From NCBI GenBank assembly GCA_023142915.1, contig JAGLIO010000001.1, forward strand, positions 126 through 64,125: a stretch of 64,000 nt of DNA, given 5' to 3'. Source of the stretch: Candidatus Parcubacteria bacterium. GTDB lineage: Bacteria > Patescibacteriota > Patescibacteriia > Patescibacteriales > UBA12075. The translations under genes were made by a program, and so were the position numbers. Positions 37,657 through 46,902 of this stretch are shown here, one piece after another (position 1 is the first letter of the stretch; each line of letters opens with the position of its first letter). The notes beneath the pieces were generated by a model. That model was not told the origin of the DNA. It worked only from the letters and a program-made list of their open reading frames with translations, and did no database searches.

Positions 37657-39635
37657 TATTTTTTAATTATAAATATTGCTTGATCGCCTAATTTTCTTTT
37701 GTTATATTTTTTGGCTAAAAAATTATTATACAAGATATAAAACAAATTAAATATACCAAGCGCATGATTTTTTTTCTTTTTTAAATGATAAAAATTTATT
37801 CCTTTCTTATTTAATTGGCTATAAAATAATGATGGGCCAACAGAGTCATGAATGATTTTAACTATATTTAAGTTTGCTTTTTCAGCTAAAAGTGCCATAC
37901 TTTTTTGAGTATGAACGAATAAATGTCGTGGCGCGTCTATTTGAAACCAAAATTCTTTAAATTTTTCCCAAGCGCATGAATCTGCGACTGGTGTTCTAAT
38001 TATGCATAAACTTTTATTCGTCATTAATTTATATATTTTTAATAAAACTTGCGCTGGATTATCCATGTGTTCAAAAGAATGATGCAACATTATAATATCA
38101 AATTTTTCATCGCTATTCACTAATTCTGTTAAATTTTTTTTGTAGATTTTAAGTCCATTGGGATAAATAATTTTGTCTTTATTTAAAAAAGGGTCTATTC
38201 CTATACAATTTTTAAAACCAATTTCAGTTAAATAATACAAAATTGAGCCCTTGCCGCATCCTATGTCAAGAATTTTGTGTTCTTTGTTAATATCAATATA
38301 TTTGAAAAAATCTAATTTCGAAATTGAAGTTAAAAAAGAAATAATATTATAGATAATTTTTTTATTAACGGCACTTTTAATGGTTAATAATTTTATTTTT
38401 TTTATTAGAATATTTTCAGTTGTAAAATCAAATTTTGAATAATAATCTTTAGCATAATATTCAAAAATATTTTTGGGTATTTCTAAAAGCTGTAAACATC
38501 CGCAATAAGAACAATATAAATAAGGAAAATATTTTTTCATTCCTAGTATTTGTTCCTTTACCCAATAAATATTGTTGTGGTTTATATTATTACAAATCTT
38601 ACAAAGTTTATTTTTAACATTTTTTTTGTTAAATTCTAGAAATAGTTTTTTATATTTTACCCTACTTATTCTTTCATTTTTTTTAATCCCACATCTTTTT
38701 GTAAGCATTCTTGGTAAATAGTATAAAATATTTAAATAAATTTTAATCATAATTTTCACCATCCCCAAAAGTCCAATTTTAGATTTTAATTTATTAACCG
38801 ATTTTAATTTATTTTTTTGAAATAGACTTGTAAAATTCCAATAAAAATCTCTAAATGGATAACTTAGCAAATCTAACAAACTAAAATTTTTGATTGCCAC
38901 AAAATAACTATTCCTTTTTGAATAAAAAGCTTTAAAGGCGGATGCTACGCCACTGGTTTGCGAATGCAAATGTATTAATCTTGATTTTGGCGCATAAAAA
39001 CATTTCCACCCTGCCAGCCTTGACCTAAATCCCAAATCTAAATCCTCAGCATAGGCAAAAAAATCTTCATCAAATAGTCCTACATCTTTCAATAAATTTC
39101 TGGAAAATAAAGTGGAAACTCCACCAGGGCAAAAAACTTCCCTTTCTTTATTGTATTTATTTGGATCATATCCAAAACCAAATGAACATCCACCAATTTT
39201 ATTGCCGATTAAATTTTTATAAAGTTTTAATCCGATATTATGAATTTTGCCGTCAGATAAAAGAGTTTTTGTGGAAACCATTCCGCATTTTATATTTTTA
39301 TATTTTTTTATTACTTTTACCATTTCTAAAAGCCAATCCTTTTCAACAATAGTATCATTATTTAATAATGCAATATATTCAACATTCTCATCTTTTAACG
39401 CCTCTTTAATGCCAATATTATTGCCCTTGGCAAAACCAGTATTATAATCTAATTCAATAATTTTTGTTTTAGAAAAACTCTGTCTGACAAAATCAACGGA
39501 TTTATCATGCGAACCATTATCAACAAAATACACATCAAAAATTTTATAAGTTTGATTAAAAACCGCATTTAAACAATTCTTTAAAAAATTAAATCCATTC
39601 AAATTAACTATAATAATAGCCACTTTATGATTCAT
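37656..39635 (-). CDS. bifunctional family-2 glycosyltransferase / class I SAM-dependent methyltransferase fusion
   Basis: N-terminal GT2 (VAIIIVNLNGFNFLKNCLNAVFNQTY...YFVDNGSHD; DxD region), a central Cys4 zinc ribbon (CKICNN...CSYCGC), and a C-terminal MTase (KILDIGCGKGSILYYLTEIGF...FDIIMLHHSFEHMDNP). Confidence 0.8.
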   Translation of the reverse strand: MNHKVAIIIVNLNGFNFLKNCLNAVFNQTYKIFDVYFVDNGSHDKSVDFVRQSFSKTKIIELDYNTGFAKGNNIGIKEALKDENVEYIALLNNDTIVEKDWLLEMVKVIKKYKNIKCGMVSTKTLLSDGKIHNIGLKLYKNLIGNKIGGCSFGFGYDPNKYNKEREVFCPGGVSTLFSRNLLKDVGLFDEDFFAYAEDLDLGFRSRLAGWKCFYAPKSRLIHLHSQTSGVASAFKAFYSKRNSYFVAIKNFSLLDLLSYPFRDFYWNFTSLFQKNKLKSVNKLKSKIGLLGMVKIMIKIYLNILYYLPRMLTKRCGIKKNERISRVKYKKLFLEFNKKNVKNKLCKICNNINHNNIYWVKEQILGMKKYFPYLYCSYCGCLQLLEIPKNIFEYYAKDYYSKFDFTTENILIKKIKLLTIKSAVNKKIIYNIISFLTSISKLDFFKYIDINKEHKILDIGCGKGSILYYLTEIGFKNCIGIDPFLNKDKIIYPNGLKIYKKNLTELVNSDEKFDIIMLHHSFEHMDNPAQVLLKIYKLMTNKSLCIIRTPVADSCAWEKFKEFWFQIDAPRHLFVHTQKSMALLAEKANLNIVKIIHDSVGPSLFYSQLNKKGINFYHLKKKKNHALGIFNLFYILYNNFLAKKYNKRKLGDQAIFIIKK

Positions 39636-40806
39636 TTATTTTCAATAAATTCAAATATTGCTCTGTAATATTGTTTAAATTAAAATTATTAATATCACTT
39701 AAATTTTGTTTTGAAATTTTTTCTTTTAATTTATGGTTAGATAATAATTTTTTGACTTTTTCAGTTATTTTTTTAAAATTTTTTGGATCTATTAATAAGC
39801 CATTTTCACCATCCCGAATTAAATCAACCTGTCCTCCATTATTTGTAGCTACAACCGGCAATCCAACCTGCATTGCTTCTTGAATAACAATGCCAAAGCC
39901 CTCATGAATTGAGCTTAAAACAAATATATCTGAATTGCATAAATATTGAAATTTTTTTTCCTCAGAAACTAACCCTGTTAAGCATAATCTATTTTCAATT
40001 TTTAATTCTCTTGCTAATTTTAATAAATTTTCTTTTTCTGGTCCATTTCCGATAATTATACCGTTAACATTATTATCAAGTAAGGCAAGAGCTTTTATAA
40101 AATATTCAAATCCTTTTCTCTTTATAAGTCTGCCTGCTCCTATTATATATTTTTTATTCTCTTTCATATTCAATTCTTTTCTTGATACTTTTTTAAAATC
40201 AAAAAATTCATATGGCAAGGGAATAATTTTTATTTCTTTTTTTGGATTATAATATTTTATAGCGTTATTTTTTGTATTAGATGATTGAGCAATAATAAAA
40301 TTTACTCTATTTAATAAAAATTTTACAACAACTTTTAATATAAAATTTTTATGGGGAGAATTTTTTGTTGTTGGATTATAAACATCTCCCCCGTGCAGTG
40401 ATAAAATATTTTTTATTCTAAATATTTTCGACAAAATAAAACCCAAGGGACCGGTAGGAATCACAAATTGAGTATTTATGAAATCATATTTGTTTCTTAA
40501 ACAAAGAAAAAAGCCTTTTGCAAAAGCGCAAAAAGGATAACTCAACATAGAAACCATTGTGGCTGTTTCTAGTTTTTTTCTGCCAAAAACTTTTACTCTG
40601 TAAACGTTAATTCCATTAATAATTTCAAATTTTTTCAATCCTTTGAACCAAGATGTTAAATAATCAACCTCATACCCATTCCCAATAAATCCTTTTGCCA
40701 ACTTATATGAAGCAACACCGCCACCGCCACCCAGCGGTGGAAATTCATAATTTAAAACCAAAATTCTTTTTTTATTATTTTCTTTTTTCATCCCTACTTC
40801 TTCCAA
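39625..40806 (-). CDS. family-4 glycosyltransferase (GT4)
   Basis: C-terminal EGFGIVIQEAMQVGLPVVATNNGG (E-X7-E) and an N-terminal GT4 Rossmann domain. 393 aa. Confidence 0.85.
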   Translation of the reverse strand: MEEVGMKKENNKKRILVLNYEFPPLGGGGGVASYKLAKGFIGNGYEVDYLTSWFKGLKKFEIINGINVYRVKVFGRKKLETATMVSMLSYPFCAFAKGFFLCLRNKYDFINTQFVIPTGPLGFILSKIFRIKNILSLHGGDVYNPTTKNSPHKNFILKVVVKFLLNRVNFIIAQSSNTKNNAIKYYNPKKEIKIIPLPYEFFDFKKVSRKELNMKENKKYIIGAGRLIKRKGFEYFIKALALLDNNVNGIIIGNGPEKENLLKLARELKIENRLCLTGLVSEEKKFQYLCNSDIFVLSSIHEGFGIVIQEAMQVGLPVVATNNGGQVDLIRDGENGLLIDPKNFKKITEKVKKLLSNHKLKEKISKQNLSDINNFNLNNITEQYLNLLKINES

Positions 40807-40994
40807 TCCTTAACAATAAACCCCTTCCGTCGCCTGTCAGGCTCAACAACCAATTTCTGTTTTTCTTTCCAGCCAAGTTCAGGTACATAATCAATAGGCA
40901 AAGTAATGGCGTAAGTCGCGCCATCTCCCACCTTGGCTAGTTTTCTTATATTTCTTTTGTGTGTTTTTTTCATAAATCTCAATCTACATAGCAT
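40794..40994 (-). CDS. small AbrB/MazE/SpoVT-like swapped-hairpin DNA-binding protein (tentative)
   Basis: 66 aa. VGDGATYAITLPIDYVPELGW resembles the AbrB/MazE beta-hairpin motif. No adjacent toxin gene. Confidence 0.35.
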   Translation of the reverse strand: MLCRLRFMKKTHKRNIRKLAKVGDGATYAITLPIDYVPELGWKEKQKLVVEPDRRRKGFIVKDWKK

Positions 40995-41049
40995 GCTCCG
41001 TCCTACGGAGGCGGCTCTGTAAATTACAATAAAATATTAAAAATTAACA

Positions 41050-42357
41050 TTATTTTTTTGTATTTGCAATAAAATAACCGCCTGTTTTAGCGCTGCCACG
41101 ATACTCAATGTTATCATTATCACGAAATTTTTTAATATTCCGCTCAATAGTCCTTGCCGCGACATTCAATTCTTTTGCAATATTTTTTGAATTAATGCCT
41201 GGATTTTCTTTAATAAGCTCAAGAATATTATTTACACCGCCATTTACACCGCCATTTACACCGCCATTTACACCGCCATTTACACCGCCATTCTTATAAA
41301 AAGTCGTTACTAATGCTCCGCCCCGATGCTTAAATTTCGGTTCAGGATTATTGTTTTCACGGCACCATTGGCGCATTCGATGAAAACCGGTTCCCCAATT
41401 TTCAATCAATCCTGTATGATGAAAAATCCGCATAAGCAGATTATTGCGTGGCACGCTCCGTCCTTCCTTGTACACATTGTCAATATCAATCGCTTTTGGC
41501 AATAATCCGGGACTCCAAATTTCCAACCTATTATCAAAAATTCTAATTTGCACATTGCCGGAATCCGTATAATCGCGATGCACCAACGCGTTAAGCACTG
41601 ATTCGCGAAGAGCTCCTAGTGGATAATCCCAAATTTCATCATGTTGCGGCTTGCCTGAAATTTTAATTTGTTTATTAATATGACGGCGAATAAACGCCAT
41701 AATAGCATCCGGCGCCAAAAGCAATGGTCCGTCAAATTCCTGCTCATCAATAAAATCCACCGGTGTTACCCCTTTGAACAGCGCGGCTTTAGCAATTGCA
41801 TTATGACAAAGTGTATTTTTTTGCGCAAAACACCAATATGCGGCATTTGTGACAGTTCCACTCGCGTACTCTGGAAATTTTTCAACTAACGATTTATCAA
41901 AAATTGATTTGGACACCAGCTTTTTAAACTTTTGCTCATCTACGTCCGGCAATGTATATTTCTTGATAAGGGAGCGAACTTCGGTTGTTGAAAGTTTTTG
42001 TGTTGTTTTTCCTACTCGCGTATATGCCCGTTCAAACGCGAATACAGGCTTATTATCTGATGATACAATCGTGATTTCCACAATTTCGCCAAGACCGAAT
42101 GTTTTTACATTAATTGACGGATATAGCACAGGGTCTGTATTTGCTTTAATTTTATTGGCAAAATCTTCAATAGCGCCTTTGCCAATTTTCATGCCCAATG
42201 GCTGCCCTGTGTCATCAAGCCCGATAATAATATTGCCGCCTTGCGCATTTGCAAAACCGACAAGTGTCTTAATAATTTCTTTCCACTCGCCAAAAGATGA
42301 TTTTAATTCTAGTTTTTCAGATTCTTTGTATTGCATGAATATTTTTATAAATTTCAA
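41050..42357 (-). CDS. Schlafen/AlbA_2-domain ATP-binding protein with C-terminal HATPase-like and HTH regions (COG2865-like)
   Basis: N-terminal ESEKLELKSSFGEWKEIIKTLVGFANAQGGNIIIGLDD (AlbA_2 / divergent AAA-4), a C-terminal wHTH, and an internal (GGVN)x5 low-complexity linker. Confidence 0.7.
   Translation of the reverse strand: MKFIKIFMQYKESEKLELKSSFGEWKEIIKTLVGFANAQGGNIIIGLDDTGQPLGMKIGKGAIEDFANKIKANTDPVLYPSINVKTFGLGEIVEITIVSSDNKPVFAFERAYTRVGKTTQKLSTTEVRSLIKKYTLPDVDEQKFKKLVSKSIFDKSLVEKFPEYASGTVTNAAYWCFAQKNTLCHNAIAKAALFKGVTPVDFIDEQEFDGPLLLAPDAIMAFIRRHINKQIKISGKPQHDEIWDYPLGALRESVLNALVHRDYTDSGNVQIRIFDNRLEIWSPGLLPKAIDIDNVYKEGRSVPRNNLLMRIFHHTGLIENWGTGFHRMRQWCRENNNPEPKFKHRGGALVTTFYKNGGVNGGVNGGVNGGVNGGVNNILELIKENPGINSKNIAKELNVAARTIERNIKKFRDNDNIEYRGSAKTGGYFIANTKK
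41231..41290. repeat. perfect 12-bp x5 tandem repeat (tttacaccgcca) encoding (GGVN)5 in-frame
   Basis: Five identical tandem 12-mers inside the Schlafen-like ORF. This is a candidate slipped-strand length-variable tract that stays in frame. Confidence 0.9.
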
Positions 42358-42533
42358 TCCGTAGAAAATGCTCCGTTCTACAAAAGCAACTCTGTAGATT
42401 ATTATAAAATTATTTTAATATTATTCTTATTTTTCTATATATCCATAATAACACAAAATCTATTAACTTTAAAGAAAATAACGCCAGCTGGTATTAAACC
42501 AACTGGCGTTTTTAATATTGAAAAATTATTAAA

Positions 42534-43556
42534 CTACTCTCCTTGTTCTGTTGGAGCGTAGTTTGGGTTATTTGTAACCAATATCTTATCAAGCTTAGTC
42601 CACCTCTCTCTTTGCTTGACAATAAGTGTATGCTCTCCAGCGTCTAAATAAAAAATGATCGGATCACCGTTGCTTGCGCTGCCTGCTTGATCCCAACCCC
42701 AGATATTATAATACCCAGGAACAACATCCCAGCGAATGTCTTCGCCGTAGTCCATGGAAACATAAAAAGAATCTCCGTATTCGCTGGTAGCTATTGCAAG
42801 TCCCCAGACGATATAATTACCTGGTGATGCTACATCAAATATATATTCTGCGTAGCCGCCGCTGGCCGAGCTGTCAGGCATTACAATATATCTGCCTGAA
42901 GATGCTGTGGAATCCGAGGTTGCTACCATTGGATGTTGAATATAACCAGATTCTGCTTCAAAATAAATCTTCTCCGCAACCGGCATATCCTCCGCATCCC
43001 CAGCATCATATCCGCCATAATACTCAGTCCCATCGGAAAACCCATCACCGTCAGAATCAAAATCCAACAGATTGATAACTCCGTCGCCGTCAATATCTTC
43101 GCACCATTGACTGCCCCAATAAGACAACTCTGTTCCATCGTCAATTCCGTCTCTATCAGTATCGGAGTTGTTTGGGTCGGTTCCGTAAATAGTGATTTCA
43201 TCACTATCACAGACACAGTCTTCGTCGGTGTCAACTGAAAGTCTATAAAAAACTTCGTTAGAGTTGCAACTTTCAATACCACCATTCACGGCCCTGACAA
43301 TAAAGTAATAAGCAGTGCCGTTATTTAAATTGTAAATTGTGCATGTCGTTTCGCTCCCTTCCCATGCCGGCGTTGTATAACTGCCATCATTATCATGGTA
43401 ATATAGTCTATAACTGTCGGATTCCAAAACGGAATCCCAGGCAAATGTCAGATCTACCGCATTAACATGGCTGATAAAAAAGCATGACGATAAAAAAACA
43501 GTTATCGGCACAAACAGCAAAAGTATTTTTTTCATTACTACCAAAAAAATTTTCAT
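42534..43556 (-). CDS. secreted protein: fibronectin-III-like domain plus Asp-rich thrombospondin-type-3/Ca-binding repeats
   Basis: Signal peptide. LTFAWDSV...YRLYYH...YYFIVRAVN (FN3-like), then DTDRDGIDDGTE and DIDGDGVINLLDFDSDGDGFSDGTE calcium-binding repeats. Confidence 0.55.
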   Translation of the reverse strand: MKIFLVVMKKILLLFVPITVFLSSCFFISHVNAVDLTFAWDSVLESDSYRLYYHDNDGSYTTPAWEGSETTCTIYNLNNGTAYYFIVRAVNGGIESCNSNEVFYRLSVDTDEDCVCDSDEITIYGTDPNNSDTDRDGIDDGTELSYWGSQWCEDIDGDGVINLLDFDSDGDGFSDGTEYYGGYDAGDAEDMPVAEKIYFEAESGYIQHPMVATSDSTASSGRYIVMPDSSASGGYAEYIFDVASPGNYIVWGLAIATSEYGDSFYVSMDYGEDIRWDVVPGYYNIWGWDQAGSASNGDPIIFYLDAGEHTLIVKQRERWTKLDKILVTNNPNYAPTEQGE

Positions 43557-43918
43557 TTTAATCCCCCTTTTCTGTATGTTTTTATATGTTTAATCGCAAA
43601 GATTCACACCGGCGATTTTTTGCCGGACAAGAACAATAAATTGTAAAGAACTATACTTTTATTTTTATCTTCTATTTTAATAAATTTACAAAAATTGCTT
43701 ATTAATATTAGATAAATATCAAATGTATGTACTTAAACATCAAAAAAGTATAGCACAATGTTATATTTTTGTCAAATTTTTTACTAATATAACAGTCTTG
43801 AACTATGATTTTTTATTAGTATAATAAAATTATATCACTTAGGCTGACAAATGGCAAAGACAGATTACTGGACACAAAAACAAAAACACTGCAATTCTCA
43901 TTGTGGCGTTTTTGTATT

Positions 43919-44926
43919 CTATTTTTTCTTATTTGATTTCTCCGGTTTACTATTATTATTTTTCTTTTCCTTTAAAAAATATTTGGCATTATTAGTAAGC
44001 GCCTCAGTTGTATTTATGATGCCTTTGGCGGCATTGATATTATTTTTTTCAATCGCGTCTTTGGCTTTTTTAATTTTTTTCTCAAGGTGTTTATTTAAAA
44101 TTTTAACATCCTGCCTAAGGTAGCCATTATTTTCTAAATCATCATTTAATTTTTTAATTTCATCCTGAATTGTATTAATGGTTTGTTTAATATCATTGTT
44201 TTGCAAACTTGCGCTTGAAGCCGTAATATCTTGCGATTCAAAGCGCGGTTTATTATTAATATTTTTTTTCTTTTCCTTGTTTGGCTGTGTTTTTTTTACT
44301 GCCTCCAAAGTCTCTGCCACAACATCCAAAATCTCCTCTTCCGCTTTAATGCCGACAGTATTTGCAATTTGCGTTAAAGTTTGAATTTCTTTAATTTCTT
44401 TTTCTTTGTTTTTAGACGTATTTTTATCCGCAAAATTTTGCGACCATACTTCTTGTTTTTTTATTGCTTTTATTTCTTCTTCCAGCTCTTCTCTTAATTT
44501 CATAGCTTCGTTAATTGTTTCCACTAATGCCAAATTGTATTTTTTTGAACCTGTATTTTGACTCAAAATTTCCGCTTCATTAAGGCGTCTTACTATAAGC
44601 TTTTCCTGTTTTTCCTGTTTTTCTTTTTCTGAAAATACCAAAGCCAACTCAACTTTTTCAACCGTTTTTTTTACTCCATATAAATAATGAACAGCTGTTA
44701 TATTTTCATTCGCGTAAGCATATCCCGGAATTCCCACAATCAAACTAATCAAAACAAGCGCCGCTGCTAACGGCGGCAAATGTCTTTTAAAACTAAAATA
44801 CTGAACATACATATCAACCTTTTTCTGCCACATTGCCCTATAAAATTTAAATCTTAATAAGTAATCGGCGCGCATGTCCAGCTTTTTCTTTGGCAGATTA
44901 TTTAATTGTTTTTCTAAATTATCCAT
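43919..44926 (-). CDS. probable anti-sigma factor (single TM, extracytoplasmic coiled-coil domain)
   Basis: Located 3 bp downstream of the ECF sigma gene. Short cytoplasmic N-terminus, TM helix LPPLAAALVLISLIVGIPGYAYA, and a long Lys/Glu-rich coiled-coil C-terminus. Confidence 0.5.
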   Translation of the reverse strand: MDNLEKQLNNLPKKKLDMRADYLLRFKFYRAMWQKKVDMYVQYFSFKRHLPPLAAALVLISLIVGIPGYAYANENITAVHYLYGVKKTVEKVELALVFSEKEKQEKQEKLIVRRLNEAEILSQNTGSKKYNLALVETINEAMKLREELEEEIKAIKKQEVWSQNFADKNTSKNKEKEIKEIQTLTQIANTVGIKAEEEILDVVAETLEAVKKTQPNKEKKKNINNKPRFESQDITASSASLQNNDIKQTINTIQDEIKKLNDDLENNGYLRQDVKILNKHLEKKIKKAKDAIEKNNINAAKGIINTTEALTNNAKYFLKEKKNNNSKPEKSNKKK

Positions 44927-44928
44927 AA

Positions 44929-45411
44929 TTATTTTAACTTTTTTCTTAAGATAACAAGGGCTCTTGAAATTTGCGTTCTAACAGCACCTTCGTTTCTTTT
45001 GGTGATTTGCGCTATTTCAGAATTGGTAAGCTGATCAATAAACTTAAGCAATAATATTTCCTTACTGTATTCATCAAATGTATGTATCAATCTGATTATT
45101 TTTTCAATCTCAATTTTTGCTTCAATGCGCGCCTTTTCTTCAAATTTTATATTTTCCGCAAAGTTTAAATTTATTTCCCTGCCAAGCGTTCTGTAATAAT
45201 TCAAAAGGCAATTTTTAGCTATGGCATATATCCATGGCTGAAACTTTTTTTCCCTGTCAAAAGCATCAAATTTATCAAACGCCCTTAAAAAGGCCTCTGA
45301 ACAAAGATCTTCCGCTGTTTCTTCATTAAAATTGACCCTATACCAAAAATAGTTATAAATTTTATCTTTGTATTTTTTGTATTTTTTAATAAAAATTCTA
45401 TCTTGAGCCAT
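44929..45411 (-). CDS. ECF (sigma-70 family, group 4) RNA polymerase sigma factor
   Basis: Region 2 (EDLCSEAFLRAFDKFDAFD...FQPWIYAIAKNCLLNYYR) and region 4 HTH (LTNSEIAQITKRNEGAVRTQISRALVILRKKL). 160 aa. Confidence 0.85.
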   Translation of the reverse strand: MAQDRIFIKKYKKYKDKIYNYFWYRVNFNEETAEDLCSEAFLRAFDKFDAFDREKKFQPWIYAIAKNCLLNYYRTLGREINLNFAENIKFEEKARIEAKIEIEKIIRLIHTFDEYSKEILLLKFIDQLTNSEIAQITKRNEGAVRTQISRALVILRKKLK

Positions 45412-45481
45412 GTTTTCTCTTAGGTTAAAAATTCATATTACTTTAACCCAAAAGCCATAATTTTGCAAGCAGTATGTAGTA

Positions 45482-46660
45482 TTATTTCTTTTTCCCTTTT
45501 GCTTTGCCGTTATTACTATTGCTTTTTCCGTTATTACCATTATTGTTTTTATATTTATTTGCGTTTGCGCTCATAATTTGCCCTTTTTCTCTGCCAGTTA
45601 TTTCCCCATGGCTTTTAAGCCAATTTGTGTAATGAGCCAAGCAGCTTACAAAACCGCCATGGTTGCTGAAAGAATTTCCAAAAGGATCGCATCCGATAAA
45701 AATATCATCATCCCCGTCTCCATTATCAATGCAATCCGTATCAATATTTCCATCACAATTATTATCAATTCCATCCAAACAAACTTCATCCGCATCAGGG
45801 TTAATACTGGAGTCAGCATCATCGCAATCCGTGTTATCAAGAACATATCCCGTGGGTTGAGTCGTGGAACTTATTGAATCCGTTGGATTTCCGTATCCGT
45901 CTTCGTCCTCGTCTGAATAGTATGTTATTTCCACGGAAGCGCATGTTTCATCTCCTCCGCTGCAATCATTATCAATACCGTCTCCGCAAATTTCAGTTGC
46001 TCCCGGGCTGGTTGTGGCGCTGGAATCATCGCAATCCGTGTTATCTTCAACATATCCTGTTGGTTCTGTTGTGGAACTTATTGAATACGCCGGATTTCCG
46101 TATCCATCTCCGTCCGCATCTAAGTAATATGTCCATACACATGCTTCATCTCCTCCGACACAATCATTATCAATACCGTCTCCGCAAATTTCGTCTTCTC
46201 CAGGATTAATACTAGCGTTGGAATCATCACAGTCTGTATTATCTTCAACATATCCTGTTGGTTCTGTTGTGGAACTTATTGAATACGCCGATTTTCCGTA
46301 CCCATCTCCGTCCGCATCTAAGTAATATGTCCATACACATGCTTCATCTCCTCCGACACAATCATTGTCAATACCGTCTCCGCAAATTTCAGTTGCCTCA
46401 GGGCTTGTTGTGGCGCTGGAATCATCGCAATCCAGATTATTAGAAGCATAATTTAATGGCGCGGAACATGCGGCAGTAGAAGTGGCCGAACTATCGCCAA
46501 AACCGTCGCCATCTTCGTCAATATAAAAATCTATATATTGACCATTACAAGTATCGTATTCAAAACCATCGGCTTTTACAGCCATAATTGTGCCTGCGCC
46601 CACGCAAATAGCAAGCACTACAAGCACTACATTAATAAATAATTGTTTGGATTTTAACAT
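45482..46660 (-). CDS. secreted cysteine/aspartate-rich repeat protein (MopE-like 'putative metal-binding motif' repeats)
   Basis: Signal peptide, then about 4 repeats of DCDDxxxxxxPGxxExCGDGIDNDCxGGDExC...YYLDADGDGYG, and a C-terminal Lys/Asn-rich tail. Confidence 0.65.
   Translation of the reverse strand: MLKSKQLFINVVLVVLAICVGAGTIMAVKADGFEYDTCNGQYIDFYIDEDGDGFGDSSATSTAACSAPLNYASNNLDCDDSSATTSPEATEICGDGIDNDCVGGDEACVWTYYLDADGDGYGKSAYSISSTTEPTGYVEDNTDCDDSNASINPGEDEICGDGIDNDCVGGDEACVWTYYLDADGDGYGNPAYSISSTTEPTGYVEDNTDCDDSSATTSPGATEICGDGIDNDCSGGDETCASVEITYYSDEDEDGYGNPTDSISSTTQPTGYVLDNTDCDDADSSINPDADEVCLDGIDNNCDGNIDTDCIDNGDGDDDIFIGCDPFGNSFSNHGGFVSCLAHYTNWLKSHGEITGREKGQIMSANANKYKNNNGNNGKSNSNNGKAKGKKK
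45820..46450. repeat. 198-bp near-identical tandem DNA repeats (about 3.2 copies) inside the MopE-like gene
   Basis: Segments at about 46021 and about 46219 are more than 95% identical over 198 bp. This also produces spurious repeated plus-strand ORFs at 45874..46443. Confidence 0.85.
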
Positions 46661-46790
46661 AAAATTTGAATAATTCTGCTAATTTCAAAGCAAAATTAAA
46701 TTTAATTATTAAATAGAATAATATCTTATACTATATAATAAACACGAGAACTGAATTTGTTACATGGGTTTGTATGGATTTGGCAAAACA

Positions 46791-46817
46791 AAAATACCGC
46801 GAAATAAACGGTATTTT
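46791..46817 (-). terminator. rho-independent terminator downstream of creD-like gene (9-bp stem aaaataccg/cggtatttt)
   Basis: Perfect 9-bp stem with a 9-nt loop. On the minus strand it is followed by a T-run. Confidence 0.6.
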
Positions 46818-46902
46818 TGTACAATTTTAAATTAATCTATATCTATTGAAGTAATATTTATTTTAATTTTTTTATATTAAACATTGCGCCATATTCAACT
46901 AT

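Noticed and set aside
40695-40940. 81-aa plus-strand ORF overlapping the GT4 start and the AbrB-like ORF
   Set aside because: It is antisense to two better-supported minus-strand ORFs and has no RBS.
41231-41290. Short perfect tandem repeat considered as CRISPR or a regulatory array
   Set aside because: It is a 12-bp unit repeated back-to-back inside an ORF, a microsatellite rather than a repeat-spacer structure.
45578-46443. Series of plus-strand ORFs (45578..45877, 45874..46209, 46258..46443) with repeated peptides
   Set aside because: They lie antisense inside the MopE-like repeat gene. Their internal repetition is a by-product of the 198-bp DNA repeats, not independent genes.
45820-46450. 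Tandem repeats that might be mistaken for a CRISPR array
   Set aside because: The period is 198 bp with no unique spacers, the repeats are contiguous and in-frame coding, and there are no cas genes nearby.
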